Below are positions 20,879 through 30,249 of a stretch of DNA of 64,000 nt, piece after piece (positions within the stretch are counted from its first letter, which is position 1; each line of letters opens with the position of its first letter). This DNA is from an uncultured Clostridia bacterium. Its GTDB lineage: Bacteria; Bacillota; Clostridia; Christensenellales; UBA1242. The translations under genes and the position numbers were made by a program. The notes below the pieces were generated by a model that was not told the origin of the DNA, did no database searches, and saw nothing but the letters and a program-made list of their open reading frames with translations. The DNA lies in contig CALVNR010000006.1 of assembly GCA_944349905.1 (NCBI GenBank), forward strand, positions 8,573-72,572. The letters run 5' to 3'.

Positions 20879-21598
20879 ATGGGAAAAATATTTGGATTTA
20901 TAAATAGTATAGAAACTATGGGACTTGTTGATGGACCTGGTATAAGGTTCGTAACCTTTTTGCAAGGTTGTAAACTTAGATGCAAATATTGTCATAATCC
21001 TGAAACTTGGGCAAATGATAAAATAGCAAAAAAAATAACACCAGAACAACTTGTAGAAAAAATTGAAAGATACAAAAATTATTATGGAGATGATGGTGGA
21101 GCAACCTTTTCTGGTGGAGAACCACTTTTACAACCAGAATTTTTGGCAGAATGTTTAAAATTATGTAAACAAAAAGGGATAAATACAGCAATTGACACAG
21201 CAGGAGTTGGGTTTGGAGATTATAGAGAAATTTTAAAGTATACTGACCTTGTTATTTTAGATGTAAAAGCAGTTGACGAAAATGAATATATAGAATTGAC
21301 AGGACAACCTATAAAATATTTTTATGAATTTTTAAAACAGGTGCAAGAAAATGGTAACAAGATTTGGCTAAGACAAGTTATTGTTCCAGGTTTAAATGAT
21401 GATGAAAAACATGTTTTAAAACTAAAACAATTTGCAAGCAAGTTAAGAAATATTGAAAAAATAGAATTATTACCATACAAGACAATGGGGGTAGTAAAAT
21501 ATAAAAAATTAAATATTACTTATCGTCTTGAAGGTGTTGAAGAAATGGATGAAAAAAGGTGTAAAGAACTTGAATTGTTGTTATACAAAAGTAAATAA
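20879..21598 (+). CDS. pflA: pyruvate formate-lyase activating enzyme
   Basis: Radical SAM CX3CX2C (CKLRCKYCHN) and glycyl-radical activase length. Confidence 0.93.
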   Translation: MGKIFGFINSIETMGLVDGPGIRFVTFLQGCKLRCKYCHNPETWANDKIAKKITPEQLVEKIERYKNYYGDDGGATFSGGEPLLQPEFLAECLKLCKQKGINTAIDTAGVGFGDYREILKYTDLVILDVKAVDENEYIELTGQPIKYFYEFLKQVQENGNKIWLRQVIVPGLNDDEKHVLKLKQFASKLRNIEKIELLPYKTMGVVKYKKLNITYRLEGVEEMDEKRCKELELLLYKSK

Positions 21599-21628
21599 AA
21601 AAACGAAGGACAAATCTTCGTTTTTTGT
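21597..21628. terminator. terminator between pflA and tRNA-Met
   Basis: Hairpin ACGAAG-gacaaat-CTTCGT flanked by A-runs and T-runs. Confidence 0.7.
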
Positions 21629-21634
21629 TTTTTT

Positions 21635-21711
21635 TGGTAGCAGCAACTGGGATCGAACCAGTGACCTCAAGAGTATGAATCTTGCGCTCTAGCCAGCTGA
21701 GCTATGCTGCC
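21635..21711 (-). tRNA. tRNA-Met (CAU), elongator-type
   Basis: 77-nt cloverleaf folded by hand: acceptor GGCAGCA/TGCTGCT, anticodon loop TTCATAC, T-arm ACTGG-TTCGATC-CCAGT, encoded CCA. A lysidine-modified tRNA-Ile2 identity cannot be excluded. Confidence 0.85.
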
Positions 21712-21880
21712 ACAAAGAGGGATATCCATATCTGGATACATTGCCTATTATAATCGTTAATAAAAAAAATGTCAATAAAAATTTTGTATTTCTTTTGTAT
21801 TTCAGCAAATTATTTTTGTTTACTAGGACAAATACTTTGATTTTTTTCTTAAATTTTATATAATATAGAAGAGGTGAAAT

Positions 21881-22303
21881 ATGTTATACGAAAAAATTAA
21901 ACAAGCAAATATTCAAGCAATGAAAGACAAAGATAGTGATGCTAGAAGCATTTATAGTGTTATTTTAAATAAAATCATGGTTGAAAACATAAAGAAAAGA
22001 GAAAAAGGTGGAGAAGTTGATGATGCCGACATTTCAAATATTCTTCAAAAAACAATAAAAGAATTAAATGAAGAAAAAGAAAATTATTTGAAAGTTGGAA
22101 ATGAAAATCAAGTGCAAATGATATCAAGACAAATTGAAATTGCACAGAGCTATCTTCCAAAAATGATGACAAAAGAAGAAATTAAGCAAGAAATTATGTC
22201 TTTGCCAGACAAGACAATCCCTGCTGTTATGAAACACTTTAAAGCAAATTTTAACGGCAAATGTGATATGAGAACTGTTCAAGAAGTTTTAAAGGAAATT
22301 TAA
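21881..22303 (+). CDS. yqeY: GatB/YqeY domain protein
   Basis: 140 aa. N-terminus (MLYEKIKQANIQAMKDKD) and length are typical of YqeY. Confidence 0.75.
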   Translation: MLYEKIKQANIQAMKDKDSDARSIYSVILNKIMVENIKKREKGGEVDDADISNILQKTIKELNEEKENYLKVGNENQVQMISRQIEIAQSYLPKMMTKEEIKQEIMSLPDKTIPAVMKHFKANFNGKCDMRTVQEVLKEI

Positions 22304-22998
22304 TGAGAGTTTTTGCAATAAGTGACTTACATTTGTCTGTAAACAACCCAAAGCCCATGGATATTTTTGGACCAGCTTGGGATAATTACGTTGAAAAAGT
22401 TTTTTCAGATTGGAAAGAAAAAGTCTCTGACGATGACGTTGTTGTTATGGCCGGAGATTTTTCGTGGGCAATGAAACTTGAAGATACAAAAAAAGATTTA
22501 GAATTGTTTAAAAATTTACCAGGCAAAAAAATCATGATAAGGGGAAATCATGATTATTGGTGGAACACAATTAGTGCAGTAAGAAAAGCACTACCAAAAG
22601 ATTTTTTTGCTATTCAAAACGATGCTATAAAAATAAAAAATGTCATATTTTGTGGGACTAGGGGGTGGTTGCTTCCAGATGAAAACTTTTCACAAGAAAA
22701 TCAAAAAATTTTTGATAGAGAAGTAATAAGACTTGAAATGACACTGCAAAGTGCACAAGCTTTAAAGAAAGATGGAGACAAGATAATATGTTTGATGCAT
22801 TATCCACCGACAAATAATGCAAAAGAAAACACAAAGTTTACTGATTTGTTTGAAAAATATAATGTTGAAAAAGTTGTTTTTGGACATATTCATGCAAAGA
22901 GAAACGTTGAATTGTTTTTTGAAAAAAATGGAATAGAATACTTTTTAACTTCTTGTGATTTATTAAACCAAAAATTGGTTTTGATTGAAGAGGTTTAA
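22303..22998 (+). CDS. metallophosphoesterase
   Basis: Calcineurin-like motifs ISDLHL, GDFSW, GNHDYWW and GHIH. Confidence 0.8.
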   Translation: MRVFAISDLHLSVNNPKPMDIFGPAWDNYVEKVFSDWKEKVSDDDVVVMAGDFSWAMKLEDTKKDLELFKNLPGKKIMIRGNHDYWWNTISAVRKALPKDFFAIQNDAIKIKNVIFCGTRGWLLPDENFSQENQKIFDREVIRLEMTLQSAQALKKDGDKIICLMHYPPTNNAKENTKFTDLFEKYNVEKVVFGHIHAKRNVELFFEKNGIEYFLTSCDLLNQKLVLIEEV

Positions 22999-23072
22999 TT
23001 TGACGAAGAAAAGGCAAAAAATAATTGACTTTTAGAGCCTTTTATAGTAAAATTCTTTAACTTGGAGTAGAT

Positions 23073-24419
23073 ATGAGAAAAAAAATTTGGAAGATTTTTG
23101 CAATGATTTTTATGGTAGCACTAGTTTTTACAGGTTGTGCTACTGTTAGTGATGTATATGATAAAAATGGCAATTTAATATATTTTGAACAACTTGTTTC
23201 TTTTGGTGGACAAGTTGCAAAGATTGGAGACTATCTTTATTATGCAAATGGCTATACAGATGCTAGTGTAGATGGATTTAGTTATGAAGATGCAAAACAA
23301 ACAGGATATTTATCCAGAATAAATCTCTCAAAGCGTTTTGAATTTGATGAAGAAGTAAATGAACAAGATAAAGCAAATACAAGTCCACTTAATATAGAAA
23401 AAGTAAATGATAGATTTGTAGGATATCAAAACCAAAATATGTTTGCATTAGGTTCTTATCTTTACTTTTCTTCTACAAACACACACAAATCTAACTCTCT
23501 TGAAAACGACTACTCTCAAATAAGTTTGTTTAGAATTTCATTTAATGGTGATAACTTGCAAGAAATTTATACAACTAGATATGATGAAAAATCATCAATA
23601 GAAGTTGTAAAAGGCAGTGATGGAAATTATTATTATGTTATATGTGCTCAAAATGGAGAAGAAAAATATGAACTTTCTTCTATAAAAATTGGAGAAAAAA
23701 TTGGAGAAAGAGTTGTTCTTGCAAAAAATATAGAAAGTTATGCTATTGCAGATGATTCATCAGTTCAAAAAGATGTAGTATACATTTATACAAATGATGA
23801 TGAAGAAAAAAAGATAGAAAGAGTAGACTTTGCTAGTGGTGAAAAAACAGAATGTATGTATCCAACAAATTATACTGTTTCATTGCTTGATAGATGCGGC
23901 GATATTGTATTTTATACAGTTGACAAACCAAACGCAGATGTAGAAGTTTATTATAAAGATGTTTCTAATTTTGACAACAACTTTGATGGATCAAACAGAT
24001 TTTATTCAGCAGATTCAATTTCTAATGTTACAAAATCTGAAGACGGATATATTTTTACATCTTCAAATGGTGCTTTAATGTTTAAAACATTAAATGGAAA
24101 TGTAAAGACTCTTATAAAAAATGATATAACTTTTGATGTTTTATTTGAAGATAGTGGCTGGATATATTATTCTACAACATCAGAGATAAGTAGAGTTTCA
24201 ATATTTGATGGTAGCGTAACTAATGTTGTTTCAATGGCAGATATTGTTTCAGGTCAATGTGGTTATAGCGATGGTTATATATACTTCTTCGCAAAAATAC
24301 AAACTACTGAAACAGAAGATGAAGAAAGTTCTGAAACAACGACTGATGAAAACTATTACTTATATAGAGCAACAGTTGATGGAACTATGAATTATCAACT
24401 TTTGGGTAAAACAAAATAA
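23073..24419 (+). CDS. lipoprotein, beta-propeller-like (DUF5050-like)
   Basis: Signal peptide with lipobox (VFTGC). Repetitive Y/G/D-rich strand pattern. Confidence 0.55.
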   Translation: MRKKIWKIFAMIFMVALVFTGCATVSDVYDKNGNLIYFEQLVSFGGQVAKIGDYLYYANGYTDASVDGFSYEDAKQTGYLSRINLSKRFEFDEEVNEQDKANTSPLNIEKVNDRFVGYQNQNMFALGSYLYFSSTNTHKSNSLENDYSQISLFRISFNGDNLQEIYTTRYDEKSSIEVVKGSDGNYYYVICAQNGEEKYELSSIKIGEKIGERVVLAKNIESYAIADDSSVQKDVVYIYTNDDEEKKIERVDFASGEKTECMYPTNYTVSLLDRCGDIVFYTVDKPNADVEVYYKDVSNFDNNFDGSNRFYSADSISNVTKSEDGYIFTSSNGALMFKTLNGNVKTLIKNDITFDVLFEDSGWIYYSTTSEISRVSIFDGSVTNVVSMADIVSGQCGYSDGYIYFFAKIQTTETEDEESSETTTDENYYLYRATVDGTMNYQLLGKTK

Positions 24420-24474
24420 GCAAAAAAGTCAAATATTAAGAAAATAGAGATTTCGACATGTTTCAACAAAATTA

Positions 24475-24518
24475 ATCATAACTCGCGATTAACAATATAG
24501 AGTTATGATTTTTTTTTA
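24475..24518 (+). terminator. intrinsic terminator upstream of spo0A
   Basis: ATCATAACTC ... GAGTTATGAT (10-bp stem) followed by T9. Confidence 0.7.
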
Positions 24519-24576
24519 CAAAAAATTGTGTTATCTTTTATTTGTCGCAACAAAAAGTTGTTTTAAGGAGTAAGTT

Positions 24577-25323
24577 ATGGAAAATAATACAAAGAAAATT
24601 TCACTTTATTTGGCAGACAATTCAGAAGATAAAAACTTGGAAAAATATTTTCATGAAAATGATAGATTCAATCTTGTAGGTGTAAATGTTGTGGGGCAAG
24701 AAGTAATAAAAGAGGTGTTACAATCAAAACCTGATGTATTAGTTATGGAAATTATGCTTTCTGGTATGGATGGATTTATGGTTTTAGAAGAATTAAAATC
24801 AAAATTAAAAAATGATATGCCAAAAGTTATATTTATTTCAAATCTATCACATAGCGGGTTTGTCTCAAAAGCTATAAAGGAAGGTGCTAGTTATTTTATG
24901 GTAAAACCTGTTTTGCCTGAAAATTTGGCAGAAAGAATTGAAAACCTTTTAGAGGTAAAAAGCGAAAGCAAAGAACAAAAACAACTTGATGAAAAAATTT
25001 CAAACATTTTCATTAGTATTGGAATTCCTGCTCATATAAAGGGCTATCAATTTTTAAGAGAAGCAGTAAAACTTGCTGTTGAAGAACCAGAGATAATAGG
25101 TTCCATAACAAAAAGACTTTATCCAACAATAGCTGAAAAATTTGAGACAAGCTCTTCTAAAGTAGAAAGGGGCATGAGACATGCTATTGAAGTTGCTTGG
25201 AATAGAGGTAAAATTGAAAATATAAATACACTTTTTGGATTAAAAATTTACAGTAGTAATGAAAAACCTACAAATGGAGAGCTGATAGCTCTAATTGCAG
25301 ACAAAATGATAATGGAGGGATAA
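24577..25323 (+). CDS. spo0A: Spo0A-family response regulator with degenerate receiver
   Basis: C-terminal Spo0A signature IGIPAHIKGY...SKVERGMRHAIEVAW...KPTNGELIA. The receiver has Glu58 (GAA 24748-24750) where Asp56 is expected, and ADNS instead of ADDN. Confidence 0.85.
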   Translation: MENNTKKISLYLADNSEDKNLEKYFHENDRFNLVGVNVVGQEVIKEVLQSKPDVLVMEIMLSGMDGFMVLEELKSKLKNDMPKVIFISNLSHSGFVSKAIKEGASYFMVKPVLPENLAERIENLLEVKSESKEQKQLDEKISNIFISIGIPAHIKGYQFLREAVKLAVEEPEIIGSITKRLYPTIAEKFETSSSKVERGMRHAIEVAWNRGKIENINTLFGLKIYSSNEKPTNGELIALIADKMIMEG

Positions 25324-25383
25324 TTTATTAAATTTATTTTGAAAAACAGACATATTTTTTTATAATAAGTTTGGAGAAAAAAT

Positions 25384-25719
25384 ATGTGGACAATAAATTT
25401 AAAAAAAGAAAATCCACCATTAGATGTTGCTTTGGCAATCATAGAAATTGAGTTAGAAAAAGCAATCTTTTCACAAGAAATTGCAGTAAAAATATTGCAT
25501 GGATATGGTTCGCATGGTAAAGGTGGGATTATACTTATAAAGGCAAGAGAGTTGCTTTCACAAATGAAAAAAGAAAGAAAAATAAAAGATTATCTTTTCG
25601 GCGACAAATGGAATGTTTTTGATGATAAAACAAAAAAATTGTTACAAAAAGATAAAAGCCTAGCAGACGATGAAGATTTAAACAAAAACAACCCAGGTAT
25701 AACAATAGTAGTATTATAA
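25384..25719 (+). CDS. Smr domain protein
   Basis: 111 aa with the Smr-type LHGYGSHGKGG motif. Confidence 0.65.
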   Translation: MWTINLKKENPPLDVALAIIEIELEKAIFSQEIAVKILHGYGSHGKGGIILIKARELLSQMKKERKIKDYLFGDKWNVFDDKTKKLLQKDKSLADDEDLNKNNPGITIVVL

Positions 25720-25774
25720 ATTCTTTTGTGCTATAAAATTTGCATAAAAGAATTTTTTTTATTATAATACATTT

Positions 25775-26620
25775 ATGCAATGTAATGACTGTCCAAGATT
25801 TTGTAAAATTGACAGAAAAAAAAGAAAAGGCTTTTGTGGCGCCAAAGATAAAATTGTTCTTGCAAAAGTCATTGAAAATTTTATGTGGGAAGAGCCATGC
25901 ATTTCGGGAAAGAAAGGCACTCTTGCTTTATTTTTTGCTGGATGTAATTTAAAATGTTCTTATTGTCAAAATTATAAAATTTCTCATGAGATAAAAGGTG
26001 ATGAATTTTCGGTTGAGGAGTTTGCAAGTTTTTTAACAACTTTTAACATGAAAAAGTATAGTGCACTTGAATTAATAACACCAACACATTTTTCTTCTTT
26101 ATTAATCAAAGTTTTTCAAATTTTCAAATCCCCAATTCCTGTTGTATGGAATAGCAGTGGTTATGAAAATGAAAAGACTATAAGTCAAATATCAAAATTT
26201 GTTGATGTTTTTCTTCCTGATTTTAAATATAGCGACAATGATTTGGCAACAAAACTTTCTTGTGCACCAAATTATTTTGAAATAGCAACTAACGCAATAA
26301 AAAAGATGCGAAAAGAAAAAGGTAAAAATGTTTTTAAAAATGGATTATTAATAAATGGAATTTTGATAAGACACTTGGTATTACCCGGGCAAATAGAAAA
26401 TAGCAAAAATGTTTTAAATAAAATTAAGAAAGAAATTAATGAACCATTTATAAGTTTAATGAGTCAATTTGTTCCCATAAAACAAGACAAACATTTTTCA
26501 AGAACTATTTTATCGTTAGAATACAAAATAATATTAAATTATGCGAAAAAATTGAAATTGGAAAATGGCTATTTGCAAGAATACACAAGTGCAAATAATA
26601 GTTTTATTCCAAATTTTTAA
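25775..26620 (+). CDS. radical SAM protein, PflX-like activase homologue
   Basis: CX3CX2C motif CNLKCSYCQN. Length and pattern resemble COG1313 PflX. Confidence 0.7.
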   Translation: MQCNDCPRFCKIDRKKRKGFCGAKDKIVLAKVIENFMWEEPCISGKKGTLALFFAGCNLKCSYCQNYKISHEIKGDEFSVEEFASFLTTFNMKKYSALELITPTHFSSLLIKVFQIFKSPIPVVWNSSGYENEKTISQISKFVDVFLPDFKYSDNDLATKLSCAPNYFEIATNAIKKMRKEKGKNVFKNGLLINGILIRHLVLPGQIENSKNVLNKIKKEINEPFISLMSQFVPIKQDKHFSRTILSLEYKIILNYAKKLKLENGYLQEYTSANNSFIPNF

Positions 26621-26685
26621 AAAACAAGCAGATTGTTTGACAGAAATACAAATTTGAATTAAAATTATATCAAGGAAGGTAAAAA

Positions 26686-26994
26686 ATGGCTTCTTCAAGA
26701 GAAAAATCTTTGAAATCAATTTTAAACAGAAACAGAATTAGATGTCTTTTTATTTCACTTGCTATTATAGCTAGTGTTGTTTTGTATTTTACAAAATTAA
26801 TAAATTCTTGGTATGCTCTTATTATAGAGTCATATCTAATAGGTATGCTGTTTTTGTTAAATACAAGCGTTCAAGAAATAAAACATGGAGCACCACTTCC
26901 TATTATAAACGGAATACTTGGACTTTTGTTTTTTGCAACATCAATATTTTTGATAGCTTATGGTTTCACCGCAGGCTTTTTAACAATGAAATAA
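26686..26994 (+). CDS. small membrane protein
   Basis: 102 aa with 3 predicted TM segments. GGAAGG SD. Confidence 0.55.
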   Translation: MASSREKSLKSILNRNRIRCLFISLAIIASVVLYFTKLINSWYALIIESYLIGMLFLLNTSVQEIKHGAPLPIINGILGLLFFATSIFLIAYGFTAGFLTMK

Positions 26995-27023
26995 ACACAA
27001 AATAAACGCAAAATAAATTGCGT

Positions 27024-27887
27024 TTATTTTATTATACCTTCTATCCTATACACATAAAACATATCATTTTTAAAACCTGCTTCCATAGTAAATGTACCAT
27101 TAGTGCTAAAATCATATTTTCCATAACCAGAGATTTGAAGTTTATTATAATTTGGTCCCAAAGCCAGCATTAACTTTAAATAATAAATACTTGTTGGCAT
27201 TGCACTTGCAGCAGTCATTGTTACATCAGCCACTTTTCTATCAGCAACTTTTATTTCCGTTATCGCACCTCCGATATACAATCTAGCAAAGACTCTCAAA
27301 GTATGATATTTTGAAAAATCCATGATGAAATAACAATTTCCAGTTGCGCCTGTTGTATATCCCCAGTTTACTTCAGGGTCTTCACTTGACATATCATAAA
27401 TAACTTCCATTTTTTCTTTTTTTGCACTTTCTATTTCTGTTTGTAAGGCAGAAATTGAATCGCTCAAATAAGAAATAGAATTAGACAGTGAAGAAATAGA
27501 AGAAGAGTTTTCATTTGTTATAGTTTCCAAATTCCCAACTTTATTTTCAATCAAAGAAATACTATTTGAATTGGTCTCAACAGAGAGAGATATATTCGCT
27601 ATATTTGCAGATATAGTATTTACAGTTTCTGAAAGTGATTGAAGATTGTTTTCTATTACAGTAATAGAAGTTGTTACATTTTCTATATTTGATGTTGCCT
27701 GAGATAGTTGGTTTTTTAATATGTCTATTTCTTGCAAAGCTGTTTGCAATTGTAATTTTATATTTTCAACTTCTTCTTTATTTCCACCTGTTATTAATTC
27801 TTCTATTTTAGGTATGGTTTTTTTTATTAAATACCAAACTTCTTTTTTCAAATTTTCAAGTTCATTATATAAATCTTCTATGTTCAT
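27024..27887 (-). CDS. coiled-coil protein with Ser/Asn/Ile-rich repeats and globular C-terminal domain (tail-fibre-like)
   Basis: 287 aa. Residues ~40-160 are heptad-like (SNIENV..SITVIENNLQSL..ISANIANISL..). The C-terminal ~130 aa are beta-rich. No signal peptide. Confidence 0.6.
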   Translation of the reverse strand: MNIEDLYNELENLKKEVWYLIKKTIPKIEELITGGNKEEVENIKLQLQTALQEIDILKNQLSQATSNIENVTTSITVIENNLQSLSETVNTISANIANISLSVETNSNSISLIENKVGNLETITNENSSSISSLSNSISYLSDSISALQTEIESAKKEKMEVIYDMSSEDPEVNWGYTTGATGNCYFIMDFSKYHTLRVFARLYIGGAITEIKVADRKVADVTMTAASAMPTSIYYLKLMLALGPNYNKLQISGYGKYDFSTNGTFTMEAGFKNDMFYVYRIEGIIK

Positions 27888-27932
27888 AATAAAATCTCCT
27901 TTTTGTAATTTTAAAAAGGAGATTTGTTAAAC

Positions 27933-28523
27933 TCAATGTTTACTGCCAGTTTTTTTCTTTTTGATAAACAGTAAGGATAAGATTATGGTTGCAACAGCAC
28001 ATATTATAGTTATTCCAACAATCAATGATGCACTTATTCCATTCGGAGATACATCTTTTGTAAGCATATAACCATTATATAAAGACCCGTTTTCTAAAAC
28101 AATTTGAATTGCTGTAAACTCGCTGTCTGCATCATAACCTTCAAATAAAAATATTTTGTCTCCAGCGTTTGCTGTGTAAGTGGTTTTTTCTTTTTCAAGA
28201 TTATAGATTATAGAATTGTTATTCCTTACAGAAGCATTGAAAGTTGGGTATATTTGATAATCATCAGGATAAGCTAGATAAAATTTGTATACATAACCAA
28301 TAGTATTATCAATGGTTTGAACAAGCGCAAAATTGTCTTTCTCTTCAATAATTGTGAGAGTATCACCGTGATTTAAAACAAAAGCTTCTTCATCAACATA
28401 GACCTTTTCACTTTCAAAAGACGGTTCTTGATAAAGATAACAACTATTAGCATTAACAGTAACATTTACTGGTGAGATTGCAAAACAAGAAAGCAATCCC
28501 AAAACAGCAAGTAAAAAATTCAT
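27933..28523 (-). CDS. membrane-anchored SH3b-like domain protein
   Basis: Signal peptide, two SH3b-like segments, C-terminal TM plus KKKKTGSKH. TTGACA-17-AATAAT ends 6 nt before ATG 28523, so the mRNA may be leaderless. Confidence 0.6.
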   Translation of the reverse strand: MNFLLAVLGLLSCFAISPVNVTVNANSCYLYQEPSFESEKVYVDEEAFVLNHGDTLTIIEEKDNFALVQTIDNTIGYVYKFYLAYPDDYQIYPTFNASVRNNNSIIYNLEKEKTTYTANAGDKIFLFEGYDADSEFTAIQIVLENGSLYNGYMLTKDVSPNGISASLIVGITIICAVATIILSLLFIKKKKTGSKH

Positions 28524-28574
28524 ATAAATATTATTTAACAAAACAATAAAATTGTCAAGAGATATACAAAAAAG

Positions 28575-28629
28575 TTATCCACATTTCTATTTTAAAATGT
28601 GGATAAAATGTGGATAACTCTGTGGAAAA
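28575..28629. promoter_or_regulatory. DnaA-box cluster outside the dnaA locus
   Basis: TTATCCACA (28575-28583), TGTGGATAA (28598-28606) and TGTGGATAA (28609-28617) are all perfect. TGTGGAAAA (28621-28629) has one mismatch. An AT-rich tract follows. Confidence 0.8.
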
Positions 28630-28780
28630 ACTAGTTTTTTTTAGAAATTAATTTAATAATTTATAATTTTTTTCAATTTTAAAGTAAAAAAACTTAACCT
28701 TTAATAAATTTTCTTTTTTATTATTTTTATTTTGTTTTGAAATTTGTTCTATGTTTTGTTTTTGTTAAGTAAAATATTAC

Positions 28781-28969
28781 ATGAAATTTTTAACAATAAA
28801 AATGAAAACTATTTTAGTCATATTTGCAATTATTTTATGTTTTGCAATCGCTATTCCTTTTTCTATCACATCAATATCCAGCATGCCGAAAGCAGAATTT
28901 ACAATTGTTATTGATGCTGGACATGGAGGAGTAGATGTCAAGTTAGGACAGTATATTTTAAAATTTTAA
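28781..28969 (+). pseudogene. orphan 5' fragment of an Amidase_3 (cwlD-like) gene
   Basis: Encodes MKFLTIK...signal peptide...TIVIDAGHGG, then runs into unrelated sequence and a stop. It parallels residues 1-53 of the intact gene at 32723. Confidence 0.75.
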
Positions 28970-29040
28970 TAGAAAAAAGACACATATTTTATAAGTGTAA
29001 AGAAAAAAGCATATCGGTTGATATGCTTAATTTTTTTATC

Positions 29041-30063
29041 TTATAGATAACAAGGATTTTCAACTTTCTCCCAAATATCTCGAACATATTCATTGTCTAT
29101 CTTTGCGTTTTTAATAAAATCTTCCTTGTCTTTGAAATATATTGTGCCACATGGCTCAGGACCCCAACTAAATTCAATGCCATTCTCGCCATTTCTAAAT
29201 AAGGAAAAACCAACATTTTTATAGTTAAATCCTGTTTCACTATAATGTTCAAACGCTTCAAGAAAATCTTCAAATGTTGGTTTAAATTTTTTGCCTTGTT
29301 GATATAATTTTTTTGCTTTATTTACGGAAATTAAGTTTGGATAGATTACCCTATTTTTCATTTGATTCCCAAGTTTATCAAAATTCCAACCACAGTTTTG
29401 GCATTCTCCATTTCCATATTGGTCTTTTAAACATTTTGTTTCACACACAGGACATTTTGTTTTATATTTTCTTTTAAATGGGCCGTCCCTTCCACAAACT
29501 AGACATGTGCCTTTGTATGATTCAATTGTTACATAATGTCCGCACTCGCATTTATAGTTTGCCATTGAAAATCTTTGAGATGGCTTTATTATAAATTTTT
29601 CCACTACATTGTAAATTTGTTCGAGATTTTCAAAGTCCACATAGATAATAAATTTTGTATCTTTTGATTTTTCGATGTTGTTTTTTGTTTCTTTTAAATC
29701 TTCAGAGTTATAAAGTTCTTGCTGATAATGATATCCATAAATAAGATATTTGAGGTTTGCAAAAGCTTCCAAATCAAGAGATAAAATTTCTTCTTTGTTT
29801 GGATAGAGTTTGATATAACCGATATAGTTTTTGTTTGTATAAACATCAAAAAAAGTCTCAGTTTTTATTCCTTGCAGTTTAAAGCGAAAAAGAGGAATAG
29901 GATACAATTCATTTGTAAATTTTTTATTTATTTTTATCCTATGTCCATAATGAAAATCTAACGCGTGGTCAACACAATCCTTGCCAAGGAATTTTGACAT
30001 ATTCTCCATTTTTTCAAATGCAGACGCGTATAATTTGTTTAAATTTTTAACTGTTTTTCTCAT
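29041..30063 (-). CDS. multi-zinc-ribbon (CPCC-type) protein, long paralogue
   Basis: 340 aa. C-terminal 150 aa are paralogous to the 30250..30705 product (CPVC...CQNCGW, then an identical ...NAKIDNEYVRDIWEKVENPCYL tail). Unique N-terminal 190 aa. Confidence 0.7.
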   Translation of the reverse strand: MRKTVKNLNKLYASAFEKMENMSKFLGKDCVDHALDFHYGHRIKINKKFTNELYPIPLFRFKLQGIKTETFFDVYTNKNYIGYIKLYPNKEEILSLDLEAFANLKYLIYGYHYQQELYNSEDLKETKNNIEKSKDTKFIIYVDFENLEQIYNVVEKFIIKPSQRFSMANYKCECGHYVTIESYKGTCLVCGRDGPFKRKYKTKCPVCETKCLKDQYGNGECQNCGWNFDKLGNQMKNRVIYPNLISVNKAKKLYQQGKKFKPTFEDFLEAFEHYSETGFNYKNVGFSLFRNGENGIEFSWGPEPCGTIYFKDKEDFIKNAKIDNEYVRDIWEKVENPCYL

Positions 30064-30249
30064 AGTTTATATTATCGGAAGTTGAACTTGCTTGCAAGAG
30101 TGAGACTGATGGTTTTACATACTATGTGATGAACACAATTTGTTGTGTTTTTGCGTTTAGCAAAATTAAAATTTAACTTGCTTAAATTTTATCATCACAT
30201 AGTTTATATTATATCATATTTTTTCCGCACAAACAAACATTTTTAGTTT

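Noticed and set aside
24452-24549. Spo0A '0A-box'-like heptamers: TTCGACA (= TGTCGAA reverse complement) at 24452-24458 and TGTCGCA at 24543-24549, suggesting spo0A autoregulation
   Set aside because: The perfect box lies upstream of the terminator of the preceding gene, so it is probably outside the spo0A promoter. The second has a mismatch. A 7-mer match is too weak to call without more data.
27024-28541. Remnant prophage around the tail-fibre-like gene
   Set aside because: There are no capsid, terminase, portal, holin or integrase genes within the flanking 10 kb. Only a single phage-like protein is present.
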